From positions 1-54,690 of the forward strand of contig CALDPP010000186.1 in assembly GCA_937911345.1 (NCBI GenBank): a DNA stretch of 54,690 bases. The letters are read 5' to 3'. The translations under genes were made by a program, and so were the position numbers. The number at the start of each line of letters is the position of its first letter. The first letter of the stretch is position 1. Below, in pieces: positions 34,584 through 43,488 of this stretch. Below the pieces are notes generated by a model, which was not told the origin of the DNA, did not search any database, and saw only the letters and a program-made list of their open reading frames with translations. Origin of the DNA: an uncultured euryarchaeote (GTDB lineage: Archaea > Thermoplasmatota > Poseidoniia > Poseidoniales > Poseidoniaceae).

Positions 34584-35552
34584 ATGGAGAAAGAGTATAT
34601 TTCACATATAGGTGGCCATATTACTCTATTTTTCACAGTTGAAAAGGAAGGTCGTTTACTACGTAATCAAGGTAGTCGCGGAGTTGGATTAAATATTCAA
34701 CACGGAGTAAAGGTCAAATTAGCAATCAAACAAAAGAACGCCAATATCAACGATACTACAATTTCTGTTACTGACTTGAAAGGCGATCAGATGATTAATT
34801 CAGATATATTTTATCGGGGTTTAATTGATGATTTAGTCCACGCAAAATTGTTGGATGATAACACCTCATTTGACATTGCAGTTTCTCTTGAACTGCCAAC
34901 TAGTCAAGGTTTCGGCATGTCAGCTGCTGGACTTATTGCCGTAGCTTTGGCTTTCCGCGAATACACTAAGCGAGGCAATCTTGACCAATATTATCGTATA
35001 TGCCATAGAATTGAGCGACAAAACGGATCTGGTTTAGGGGATGTGTTGGGCATCTATGCTGGCGGTGTCGAGATAAGACTACAACCTGGCGCGCCCGGAG
35101 CATCTGGGACCAGTCTCGGATTCAAGTGTAAACAACCAATAATTTTGGTTTGGCAACCAAAAGAATCCCGTCACACATCAAAGTACATCAATGACGAAAA
35201 TTGGCAAACGAAAATCACTAAAGCAGGGCATAAGGCATTGAATAACATAAAAAATGGTCCATGGAATCATTCTCGCTGGAAGGACATTTTAGACCAGTCG
35301 AGTAACTTTTGCCATGAGTCAGAATTAATTTTTGAAACTGAGCGAAAGCGTTTGTTAGATAATGTGAGAAAAATAGTCCGTTCCTTGGACTTACAATCAT
35401 ATGTTAGCATCCGGCTTTGTATGTTGGGTACATCTTGCGTAATTCTGCCACGGAGATTAGACCGTATGCTTTCCCCGGATGAATTAGATTTATTGCACAC
35501 AAAAATTAGTGAAAACGACTTGGAGTCATTAATTTCAGCAATAGATTCGTGA
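34584..35552 (+). CDS. GHMP-family kinase, probable archaeal pantoate kinase (COG1829-like)
   Basis: N-terminal GGHITLFF and GHMP motif 2 LPTSQGFGMSAAGLIAVALAF. Sits in the same locus as the PPS gene of the archaeal CoA route. Confidence 0.6.
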   Translation: MEKEYISHIGGHITLFFTVEKEGRLLRNQGSRGVGLNIQHGVKVKLAIKQKNANINDTTISVTDLKGDQMINSDIFYRGLIDDLVHAKLLDDNTSFDIAVSLELPTSQGFGMSAAGLIAVALAFREYTKRGNLDQYYRICHRIERQNGSGLGDVLGIYAGGVEIRLQPGAPGASGTSLGFKCKQPIILVWQPKESRHTSKYINDENWQTKITKAGHKALNNIKNGPWNHSRWKDILDQSSNFCHESELIFETERKRLLDNVRKIVRSLDLQSYVSIRLCMLGTSCVILPRRLDRMLSPDELDLLHTKISENDLESLISAIDS

Positions 35553-35554
35553 AA

Positions 35555-36583
35555 TCAAGCCATTTTTGAGAGGTCTAGATTTTCAGCGTCAAGCATTAGA
35601 CAACCTGGAATGAACAGATTTTCACTAAACCCATGCCGATACACTACAGCACCACTCCCCCATTCTTCGATGTATCTTGACATCTGTTTAGTCATCTTCT
35701 TTCTTTGAAATGACACATCAGCTCCATAGAAGTGCTTTGCATCAATCCATGCAACGGGTTGTCCGTTTATTTCAACATGGTCGAGAAATAGAATGTCGGG
35801 GGTATTTATTGGTCTACCATGCTCTAATCTTTGTTCAGAAACCATCTCGTTTTGACGTCTCAAGTTGACTCCTCTAGATTCAAACCAATCAGCAAGGACC
35901 TCCTCGAATAAATCGGCTCTTGAATGAGTCTCAGATTGATCAACATTCGAAACCCTATCAGCAGCCTCAGCCTTTTCAAACTCTTCCTGCTCTCGCTTTT
36001 TCATTTTACTTGGTTCCCTCAAGCACTCCTTGATTCGGGATTTTGACCATCTCTTCTCTGCAAGAATAATGCGAAAAATATTCATTGGTGGAAAGTCAAA
36101 TCTCTTTGAAAGGTCAACTACACTAACCCCTTCGTTGTATAATCTAAACAATGATTTTGCCTTGGATTTTAATCTACCGTGACTGTAAACCGTTTTTTGT
36201 TGAAGTAACGCTGAGCGCAATGATAAGGCTTGGTCTAGATTCATATTTTTACCATTAACAAATTGGCCGATTTCATCTACTCGGCTATCCTCAAGCCAAC
36301 CAAACTCTCCTTTTTTTACTACAAATTTTGCTAATGCTTCCTCATCTTTTAGCGGAACAGGATTTGTTTGCCATTCGAATTTGTGATTTTTAGGTGAGGG
36401 TAATTCATCTGGAAAACCCATTACTCGCTCTTCTCGGTCAAATCTTTCATTAGCTCTAGTTTCCACTTCTTCGATGTAGTCTTTACTTCTCTCAAGTAGT
36501 ACTGATTTCTTGGTTGTACCATAACGTTTAGGCCTTTGGTGCCGTTGTGACCGAGATTTTTTACGTGGTTTGTCTGTTGTCAC
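35555..36583 (-). CDS. PD-(D/E)xK nuclease-fold protein resembling eukaryotic CDIN1 (C15orf41); basic N-terminus
   Basis: C-terminal block TPDILFLDHVEINGQPVAWIDAKHFYG...WGSGAVVYRHGFSENL, preceded by an acidic helix (ADLFEEVLADWFE) and an HTH-like segment VVDLSKRFDFPPMNIFRIILAEK. GTG start. Confidence 0.55.
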   Translation of the reverse strand: MTTDKPRKKSRSQRHQRPKRYGTTKKSVLLERSKDYIEEVETRANERFDREERVMGFPDELPSPKNHKFEWQTNPVPLKDEEALAKFVVKKGEFGWLEDSRVDEIGQFVNGKNMNLDQALSLRSALLQQKTVYSHGRLKSKAKSLFRLYNEGVSVVDLSKRFDFPPMNIFRIILAEKRWSKSRIKECLREPSKMKKREQEEFEKAEAADRVSNVDQSETHSRADLFEEVLADWFESRGVNLRRQNEMVSEQRLEHGRPINTPDILFLDHVEINGQPVAWIDAKHFYGADVSFQRKKMTKQMSRYIEEWGSGAVVYRHGFSENLFIPGCLMLDAENLDLSKMA

Positions 36584-36620
36584 AATAATGCCTTACCGGC
36601 GACATCATTTGAACTATCGG

Positions 36621-37151
36621 TTATTCAGTTTGTTTTATTTTAACATCATGTTCTAGATGATAGTCAATTACTCCATGGGTTGTCAAATCATCAAAGATTT
36701 GCTTTACAATTCTTCTTGCGATACGGTTACCGAAGCCAAGAATACGGCTTAGTCGCGAAATTTCCCACCATGCCGTGAACTCAACTCCGCCATCCTCATT
36801 ATGTAACAAAGTAATATCGAGAGTTAGAGTTTTAATCGCTAGGGCAGAGGTTCTACCGTTTACCTTCTGACCTTGCCAATTAATGATTATTTGACAGAAT
36901 CTAGGGTCGACTCCTTCGTTGATTTCAGCAATTATCCACATGTCTTCAATTAATTGTTGCGCGACAACTCTATGCAGATCAATCCGCTGTCCTAACTTTA
37001 GTTTACCATGCGATTCAGATAATATCCGATTTGCAAACTTATTCCACATTGGCCAGTTATCCAAATCCATGATATTATGCTCTATGGTTTGCAACTGGTT
37101 TACCGGTATTGACTTTCTCAGCACCATATTGGGTCGCGGCATAATTACCAC
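36621..37151 (-). CDS. Hypothetical protein, possibly SRPBCC/START-like ligand-binding fold
   Basis: About 175 aa with NWPMWNKF near the N-terminus (the W-P-x-W pattern common in SRPBCC proteins). Weak evidence. Confidence 0.4.
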   Translation of the reverse strand: MVIMPRPNMVLRKSIPVNQLQTIEHNIMDLDNWPMWNKFANRILSESHGKLKLGQRIDLHRVVAQQLIEDMWIIAEINEGVDPRFCQIIINWQGQKVNGRTSALAIKTLTLDITLLHNEDGGVEFTAWWEISRLSRILGFGNRIARRIVKQIFDDLTTHGVIDYHLEHDVKIKQTE

Positions 37152-37153
37152 AC

Positions 37154-39976
37154 TTATGCAAAAATTATACTTGGGCTTAGTGGTATCGCAGCGTTTTCTC
37201 TACCATCCGTTCCTTGGTAATTTTCTGCGTTGACAATCTCAACATCACTCAATCCAAGTTCTTCAGCAATGAATGATGCTCTGTCTGATAGAATCTTTGC
37301 TTCATCAATATTGTCAAGGATTAATCCTTTTGCCTTATCATCCCACTTGAATACCTGAGAGAGCATTTTCTTATTCCAGTAAGACAATATTTCGCCCATA
37401 TTTCCCTCATTAACAAAATCCATTTGCTTCAATTCTTGAATAAATTGCTTAACATTTCCACCGTTCTGTAAGTATGAAATCGCTTCTCTAGACAGAGTAT
37501 TCTTCCATTCCGGCGAAACAATCAGTGTTAATTTGTCTGCTTCGCCCTGCAAATGCTTTTCAGCAATGGTCTTTACCTTGCGAGAACTTTCTAAAACCCC
37601 ACGCATAATGAACTCGTAATCCAAGATACTTGCTTCCGTGGTTGAAACCGAGCCGATGTCTTTCATCTGTGATGCTGAGACCAAATTTTCCAATGATATG
37701 CATCTGCCCCATTCCTCTGCTAAGTGAGGAGTTGAGACGGAGATTAAATAGGTCCATGATTCAAGCACTGTGCGGCCTACTTTAGCGTTATTTCCACCCC
37801 TTCTAGTGTACCAATTGATATCTTTTATTAGTTCATAATGAGAAATTTCGACTGCTCTGCGCAAGTCATAGTTGGTCATTGCTTCATTGAATTCTGCAAC
37901 CCTTTGCTTGAGTCTAGCGATTAACCAATCATCAATGGCATTTGGTTTGTTATCCCAATTAAGTATAGTTTCAGGCATTGTTCGGAGTTGCAACATGACT
38001 CGATAATTAGCTTCTAATGCAGTATCTGACCAATCCATGCCTGCCGTCGGATTGGCTGCAAATAGGATGAAAAGACGTACTGTATCAGCACCATATTTCT
38101 CAATCATTTCTTCTGGTGATACGGTATTGCCAAGCGACTTACTCATCTTTGCCGAACGCATCGATAGGGCATCGCCGCACTGTGGGCAGGGCATCCCCAT
38201 ATGGTCGACATTAAGTGTAATTGAACATGATTCACAATACGGCGCTGCTTTATTCACCATGCCTTGACACAATAACTCATTGAACGGCTCGTCAATCGAG
38301 TGAAGGCCTAGATCTCTGAGGGCCTTGGTCCAAAATCTAGCGTAGATAAGGTGCATTTGAGCATGTTCAATACCTCCACAATAAAAGTCAACATTCATCC
38401 AATGATTTGCTGAATCTCTAGAGAAACATTGTTCGTTATTCGTAGCATCGGTGAATCTCAAGAAATACCACGAGGAGTCCACAAAGGTGTCCATAGTATC
38501 AGTTTCTCTGCGCGCATCTTTACCACAGGTTGGGCACTTTACCTGCATAAATTCTGATGAGGTTTCGAGCGGATTACCTTTGCCAAACACAATATCTCTA
38601 GGTAGTTCAACAGGCAAATCCTTTTCTGGAACGGGGACTGTACCACATTCATCACAATGGATAATTGGAATTGGCGTCCCCCAATATCTCTGCCTTGAGA
38701 TTAACCAAGGCCTGATTTTCCAATTTAGCTTTCTCTTACCTCTGTTAATTCTAATTAATTCATCAATCACTGCTGTAATTGCTTCATTTCCATAAAGGCC
38801 GTCAAAATCATCCCTTCCAGTATTCACCATCCAGCCATATTCTGTTTCAGCCTTGGATAGTTCTTGAGATGCATCACCGTTTTCAGACATCACTAGAGCT
38901 CGTCTGATTGGAATAGAGAATTTCTTGGCAAAATCAAAATCTCGCTCATCGTGTGCTGGAACCGCCATTACTGCACCGGTTCCGTAAGAGGCGATAACAA
39001 AATTACCACTCCAAATAGGGATTTTTTCTCCAGTTAAGGGATGTATGGCATTTTTCCCCAGTGGAACGCCCTTTTTCTTGTTCATATTTTTGATTCTATC
39101 AAATTCTGCCATTACAGAGACTTCGTCATGTAACGCCTGCCAATCAGCCTCATATTCTGTTCCAGAAACTAATTTCTTTGCCAACTCGTGTTCAGGGGCA
39201 AGGGTGACAAACGTTACTCCAAATAGAGTGTCTGGCCTTGTAGTAAATACGGTAATAGTGTCATTAGAGTCTTCGATTTCAAAGGTAATCTCAGCCCCTT
39301 CAGAACGTCCAAGCCAATCTCTTTGCATTGCTGCAACATTTTCCGGGAACTGAATCTGTTCTAATCCATCTACAAGTTCTTGGGCATATTTTGGAATATC
39401 CAAGAACCATTGACTCATTTCTTTCTGAATAACAGGGCCATTACATCTCCAGCATCTACCCGCCTTCACCTGTTCGTTAGCGAGTACAGTATTACATGGA
39501 TTGCACCAGTTTACCGGAGCAAATTCTTGAAACGCAAGCCCATTTTCATAGAATTTTGTGAAGAACCACTGATTCCATTTGTAATAATTTGGATCGTGGC
39601 TTTTTACCATACGGTTCCAGTCATACGAAAACCCCATTCGCTTGATTTGTTTGGTGATAGAGGCCATGTTTTTTTCAGTAATATCATGAGGGTGACCACC
39701 TTCTTTTATCGCAGCATTTTCTGCCGGCATACCAAACGAATCAAATCCCATTGGGTACAAAACTTCGAATCCCATCATTCTCTTGTAGCGCGCAACAGCA
39801 TCACCGATAGAATAGTTCCTTACGTGGCCCATATGCATTTTCCCAGACGGATAAGGATACATCTCAAGGCAGTAAAACGGCGGCTTGTTCTCATTTACAC
39901 TAGCAACGAATACTTTCTCATCATCCCATCTCTTTTGCCAATAATTTTCATCAACACTTTCGATGCTGTAACTCAA
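37154..39976 (-). CDS. leuS: Leucine--tRNA ligase, bacterial-type architecture, TTG start
   Basis: YCLEMYPYPSGKMHMGHVRNYSIGD (HIGH region), GFDSFGMPAEN, VNWCNPCNTVLANEQV, CWRCNGPV, MQRDWLGRSEGAEITF and KMSKSLGNTV. The first in-frame ATG lies inside the catalytic core, so the TTG start behind a 10-nt SD is required. Confidence 0.95.
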   Translation of the reverse strand: MSYSIESVDENYWQKRWDDEKVFVASVNENKPPFYCLEMYPYPSGKMHMGHVRNYSIGDAVARYKRMMGFEVLYPMGFDSFGMPAENAAIKEGGHPHDITEKNMASITKQIKRMGFSYDWNRMVKSHDPNYYKWNQWFFTKFYENGLAFQEFAPVNWCNPCNTVLANEQVKAGRCWRCNGPVIQKEMSQWFLDIPKYAQELVDGLEQIQFPENVAAMQRDWLGRSEGAEITFEIEDSNDTITVFTTRPDTLFGVTFVTLAPEHELAKKLVSGTEYEADWQALHDEVSVMAEFDRIKNMNKKKGVPLGKNAIHPLTGEKIPIWSGNFVIASYGTGAVMAVPAHDERDFDFAKKFSIPIRRALVMSENGDASQELSKAETEYGWMVNTGRDDFDGLYGNEAITAVIDELIRINRGKRKLNWKIRPWLISRQRYWGTPIPIIHCDECGTVPVPEKDLPVELPRDIVFGKGNPLETSSEFMQVKCPTCGKDARRETDTMDTFVDSSWYFLRFTDATNNEQCFSRDSANHWMNVDFYCGGIEHAQMHLIYARFWTKALRDLGLHSIDEPFNELLCQGMVNKAAPYCESCSITLNVDHMGMPCPQCGDALSMRSAKMSKSLGNTVSPEEMIEKYGADTVRLFILFAANPTAGMDWSDTALEANYRVMLQLRTMPETILNWDNKPNAIDDWLIARLKQRVAEFNEAMTNYDLRRAVEISHYELIKDINWYTRRGGNNAKVGRTVLESWTYLISVSTPHLAEEWGRCISLENLVSASQMKDIGSVSTTEASILDYEFIMRGVLESSRKVKTIAEKHLQGEADKLTLIVSPEWKNTLSREAISYLQNGGNVKQFIQELKQMDFVNEGNMGEILSYWNKKMLSQVFKWDDKAKGLILDNIDEAKILSDRASFIAEELGLSDVEIVNAENYQGTDGRENAAIPLSPSIIFA

Positions 39977-39979
39977 AAC

Positions 39980-39989
39980 ATCACCTCCT
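39980..39989 (-). promoter_or_regulatory. Strong Shine-Dalgarno site of leuS
   Basis: The minus strand reads AGGAGGTGAT-GTT-TTG, a 10-nt complement to the archaeal 16S rRNA 3' end. Confidence 0.65.
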
Positions 39990-40064
39990 ATCCGCTACAG
40001 GCTGTCCACATTAGGTTGCCATTTCAAACCCACTATTCAAGAACCCAATCTATGTAGGATTTCT

Positions 40065-40949
40065 ATGGCCCGAAGAATCGAGGTTCGAGCCCCATCTAGA
40101 ATTGATTTAGCAGGAGGTTGGACGGATGTCCCAATCTACTGTAGCAAAAAATCAGGCGAGGTGGTAAATATTGCCATCAACCAATATGTTAGGTCTGAAA
40201 TGGTAATAGATGACGATAGAAGATTATCTGTATCATATTCGACAGATATGCCTACAGGCTCTGGTTTAGGAACTAGTGGAGCGATGAATGTGGGATTTAT
40301 CACCACAATAATGAGTGCCGGACAAAATGCGATTTCAACTGCAGAACTTGCCTACCAATTCGAAGCCTTACTTGGTAACCAAGGGGGCCGTCAAGATCAA
40401 TGGGCAAGTGCGCTTGGCGGCATCAATCATCTCACTTTTGTCGACGAATCTGTAACTTGTGAAACGATTACTCCATCTAATGAGTTTTGCAGATGGCTTG
40501 AAAATAATCTAATGTTGTTTAACAGTCACATAACTCATGTTTCAGGTGATTTACACAAGAGTGTTTGGCAACGTTTTGAGGTTGGTGACGAGGAGATTAC
40601 CAAGGGTCTAGATATGATACGAGATGCTGGATTATTGATGGCTAGGGGTTTGAAAACAGAATCTAAGAGTGATGTCATTGATGCAATGAACCTAAATTCA
40701 GCCGGTGTAGATACTCTAGGTCGGGAATTACATCAACCATTTAGAGAAGAATTATCTAAACTTACTGAACAAAATAAGGTTAGTGCTTGGAAGGCTATGG
40801 GTGCTGGTGGTGGAGGAGTAGTCGGATTAATTATTTCATCAGAACATCTAAGGGATGAGATTATTGACCAATTTAATGTTAAAGGTTGGACCAATATTCC
40901 TTGGAAGATTGATATTGATGGTGTGACTAGACAAGAGTTCAATCTCTAA
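40065..40949 (+). CDS. GHMP-family sugar kinase (COG2605, HddA/fucokinase-like)
   Basis: RIDLAGGWTDVP, GHMP motif MPTGSGLGTSGAMNV, and GNQGGRQDQWASALGG. Confidence 0.7.
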   Translation: MARRIEVRAPSRIDLAGGWTDVPIYCSKKSGEVVNIAINQYVRSEMVIDDDRRLSVSYSTDMPTGSGLGTSGAMNVGFITTIMSAGQNAISTAELAYQFEALLGNQGGRQDQWASALGGINHLTFVDESVTCETITPSNEFCRWLENNLMLFNSHITHVSGDLHKSVWQRFEVGDEEITKGLDMIRDAGLLMARGLKTESKSDVIDAMNLNSAGVDTLGRELHQPFREELSKLTEQNKVSAWKAMGAGGGGVVGLIISSEHLRDEIIDQFNVKGWTNIPWKIDIDGVTRQEFNL

Positions 40950-43425
40950 TCTTGTTATAATCTATATCTGTTTCAAGTAAAAACAACGCTTCTTTGGTTA
41001 ATTTGTACCTATTCTTGATGCCCATCTTTCGCTTCTCAACCAGGCCATACTTTTGCAAGGTTCTCAGGTGGTGGGAGATAAGTTGCTGACTCTTTTCCAG
41101 CTTTTTTGCAAGTTCAGACTGGGTAGGGAATTCGCCAATTTGGTGTTCATCATCTAGCAATGTCAGAATCTTGCCCTGCAGACTTTTTGGATCAGGAGAT
41201 AAAGGCGGCACAGGTAAGTCATCAGGGTTCATTCCAGGGTATAGAGAATTGTTCAATGGATAGTATCTAACGAATCTTCCATCATTAATTCGCCATATGA
41301 GTTCCTGATTTTCTAATAGCCTCAGGTGGTGGGTAATTTGTCCATTACTCATGTTTAGTGCGGCCATCAAGGCCCTAAAGTGACAACCGGGATTAGCGGT
41401 TAGGTAACCAATTAGGCGCCCTCTCTGGAATCTTCCGTCAGACGTTTCATGGGTTTTGCCTACCAGTGCTAACATCCATAGGCCGGCAGATGTCACTGGA
41501 ATTCTTATGCCCTCAGTGTTTGATATGAACACTAAAAGTCCAACAAGAATAGATGAGCTGGCAACTCCATAGACAGCAATTTCAGCAATTTCTATCGAGT
41601 CATCTTCAACATTTTCCGCTGCGTTTAATTCAAGGTTTGGTTTTACCGGGTTTTCTTCGGTGAAAATCTCATCGATGGTGATGACTGGAAGCCCGAATTG
41701 GGAGCAGAAACTTGAATCAAATGGGTGTTCTAATGCCGTATATTCGCCAAACCACCCTTCTTTTGGAATCCAATTACTCTGAATGGTATTTGGTTGTAAG
41801 ACATATGCTGAATTTGGTGCGCTTATCAGCCAACAGTGATTATTGTTATACTCAATTTTATCCCATGTGCCAGAAATAGAGTGGAATAGACTTGGATCTA
41901 TCGTTGTAGCTCCTGATTCAAGGTGTAGTTCATCAAATGCAGTAAAAGTGTGCTCAAAGTTTACTTTGTAATTGATTGAAACCTTATCAGCAGATTCTAG
42001 GTTTGGCAAAGTAATTTTTTGTTGTAATCGATACACATCATTTGTTGGTGTGATGAAGTTGCCGCTGTTGTATTCACAAAATTCTGAATTGTGGTTATAG
42101 TCTGTTGTCGAATGAACAATAACATCGATAACAAGCATACATTTTGCAATAATTCTTATGTGTTCTTCACTGGAAATATCTAACGTTGTGTAAAGCGAAG
42201 ATTCAGCAATTGTATTATCAAGAGCTAGTTCAATCTCATTTCCAACACACTTTGCCAAGTTATTTGGCACTTGTTGGAAAAAATCGAAACTTAGAAACCG
42301 GTTGTTTTCTTCGACAATGATGGTGTACTTTCCAGAATCAATCATACAACCCTCTTCATTGGTTAATTGCCAATCAAAGATGTCGAACATGTTACCATTG
42401 GTTGATGCTTGTTCTTCATTCTGAGCGCAACTATCTACATGATTATCAACCACCACCCGACCAAGGTCATTGACAATAAATAGGTCCAACTTACAGGAGT
42501 GTATGTCCTCTTTATGTGCCATTTTTCCTTGAATTAGTAACGAGGGGTTTTGTCTAGTTTCCATCATTTGGTAATCAAGATTAATCAAGGTTGGTGGCAA
42601 ATTTTGATCAAAAGATTCACTGGACTCTGCTTGTAATGTCGGCGAACTAATAACCAGTTTGTCATAGTCGCCAAGAATTTGCACCGATATGTCGTCACTC
42701 GATTCGAACCAAGAATCGTCTAATATGAGGTTTGCAGAGTATATGTTCTCACTCGGATGTAGAATAGTTGTTCCCTTGAAGCAATCATCATAAACTGCTC
42801 TTTTCACATTATTTTGGACCAAAAGAGTACATTCAGTATCGCTTACCTGTAGGTTAACTGAACTGGGATTGTAAAGGAATAATTGCAACAAGTGGGCGTT
42901 GCTTGATTCGCTTAGCAAATCAATCATGTTATAATTTAGTTCTATTTCTTGGGGAAGAGTACTGTTGCCGTAAAATTTCACAACACTACTGTCAGCGATT
43001 TCCAGGACACTGTGCGTGACAATGATGCGGTATGCCCCGGTAGGAATGTCATATCCTTCATTGTCTTTAAAATTCCACTCATGGCTCATCAATGCTATAG
43101 TTTCACCATTTTCAATTTGCAACGACTGGATTTGATTTCTGCATCTATTTTCAGAGGAGAAAATCATTGCGTTACTTTCGTCATAGACATTGAATAAAAA
43201 ATCACAAGACGGGTTATTTTGAATCTCAGTAGTCGAGGATGGATTGAACAAATTTGCGGAAATAGTGATATAATCTCCGGTGATGTAGTATTCATTAAAT
43301 TCGATGTCATTTATCTCTATGGCAATGGATGAGACATCCTCTGTATCGGCGCTAGAGTGCGGGATTAGTGAAAAAATCATCAGTCCCGCGACCAAGGCAA
43401 TTGCAAACCTCTGCGCCTCGGCCAT
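40939..43425 (-). CDS. Membrane-tethered putative transcription regulator: signal peptide, about 585-aa repetitive Cys-containing extracellular region, TM helix, two C-terminal ArsR/TrmB-like winged-helix domains
   Basis: Signal-like FAIALVAGLMIFSLIPHSSA. TM IAEIAVYGVASSSILVGLLVFIS. wHTH 1 CHFRALMAALNMSNGQITHHLRLLENQELIWRINDGRFVRYY. wHTH 2 FPTQSELAKKLEKSQQLISHHLRTLQKYGLVEKRKMGIKNRYKL. Confidence 0.75.
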   Translation of the reverse strand: MAEAQRFAIALVAGLMIFSLIPHSSADTEDVSSIAIEINDIEFNEYYITGDYITISANLFNPSSTTEIQNNPSCDFLFNVYDESNAMIFSSENRCRNQIQSLQIENGETIALMSHEWNFKDNEGYDIPTGAYRIIVTHSVLEIADSSVVKFYGNSTLPQEIELNYNMIDLLSESSNAHLLQLFLYNPSSVNLQVSDTECTLLVQNNVKRAVYDDCFKGTTILHPSENIYSANLILDDSWFESSDDISVQILGDYDKLVISSPTLQAESSESFDQNLPPTLINLDYQMMETRQNPSLLIQGKMAHKEDIHSCKLDLFIVNDLGRVVVDNHVDSCAQNEEQASTNGNMFDIFDWQLTNEEGCMIDSGKYTIIVEENNRFLSFDFFQQVPNNLAKCVGNEIELALDNTIAESSLYTTLDISSEEHIRIIAKCMLVIDVIVHSTTDYNHNSEFCEYNSGNFITPTNDVYRLQQKITLPNLESADKVSINYKVNFEHTFTAFDELHLESGATTIDPSLFHSISGTWDKIEYNNNHCWLISAPNSAYVLQPNTIQSNWIPKEGWFGEYTALEHPFDSSFCSQFGLPVITIDEIFTEENPVKPNLELNAAENVEDDSIEIAEIAVYGVASSSILVGLLVFISNTEGIRIPVTSAGLWMLALVGKTHETSDGRFQRGRLIGYLTANPGCHFRALMAALNMSNGQITHHLRLLENQELIWRINDGRFVRYYPLNNSLYPGMNPDDLPVPPLSPDPKSLQGKILTLLDDEHQIGEFPTQSELAKKLEKSQQLISHHLRTLQKYGLVEKRKMGIKNRYKLTKEALFLLETDIDYNKIRD

Positions 43426-43488
43426 GGTACACAGTATGACTCATCATTTGAAAGGGCAGCGGTCGTCGGCGGGTTTGGGGCTACAAAT

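Noticed and set aside
39380-40057. 225-aa ORF on the plus strand
   Set aside because: It is almost entirely antisense to the conserved N-terminal catalytic core of leuS. Its composition is Phe/Ile/Ser-rich, typical of the reverse frame of a real gene, and it has no motif.
43426-43488. ATGATGA (C-box-like) on the minus strand in the spacer upstream of the 828-aa gene; a possible C/D box sRNA
   Set aside because: No matching D box (CTGA) or C'/D' pair lies at the appropriate distance. The motif sits in what is most simply the 5' leader of the downstream gene.
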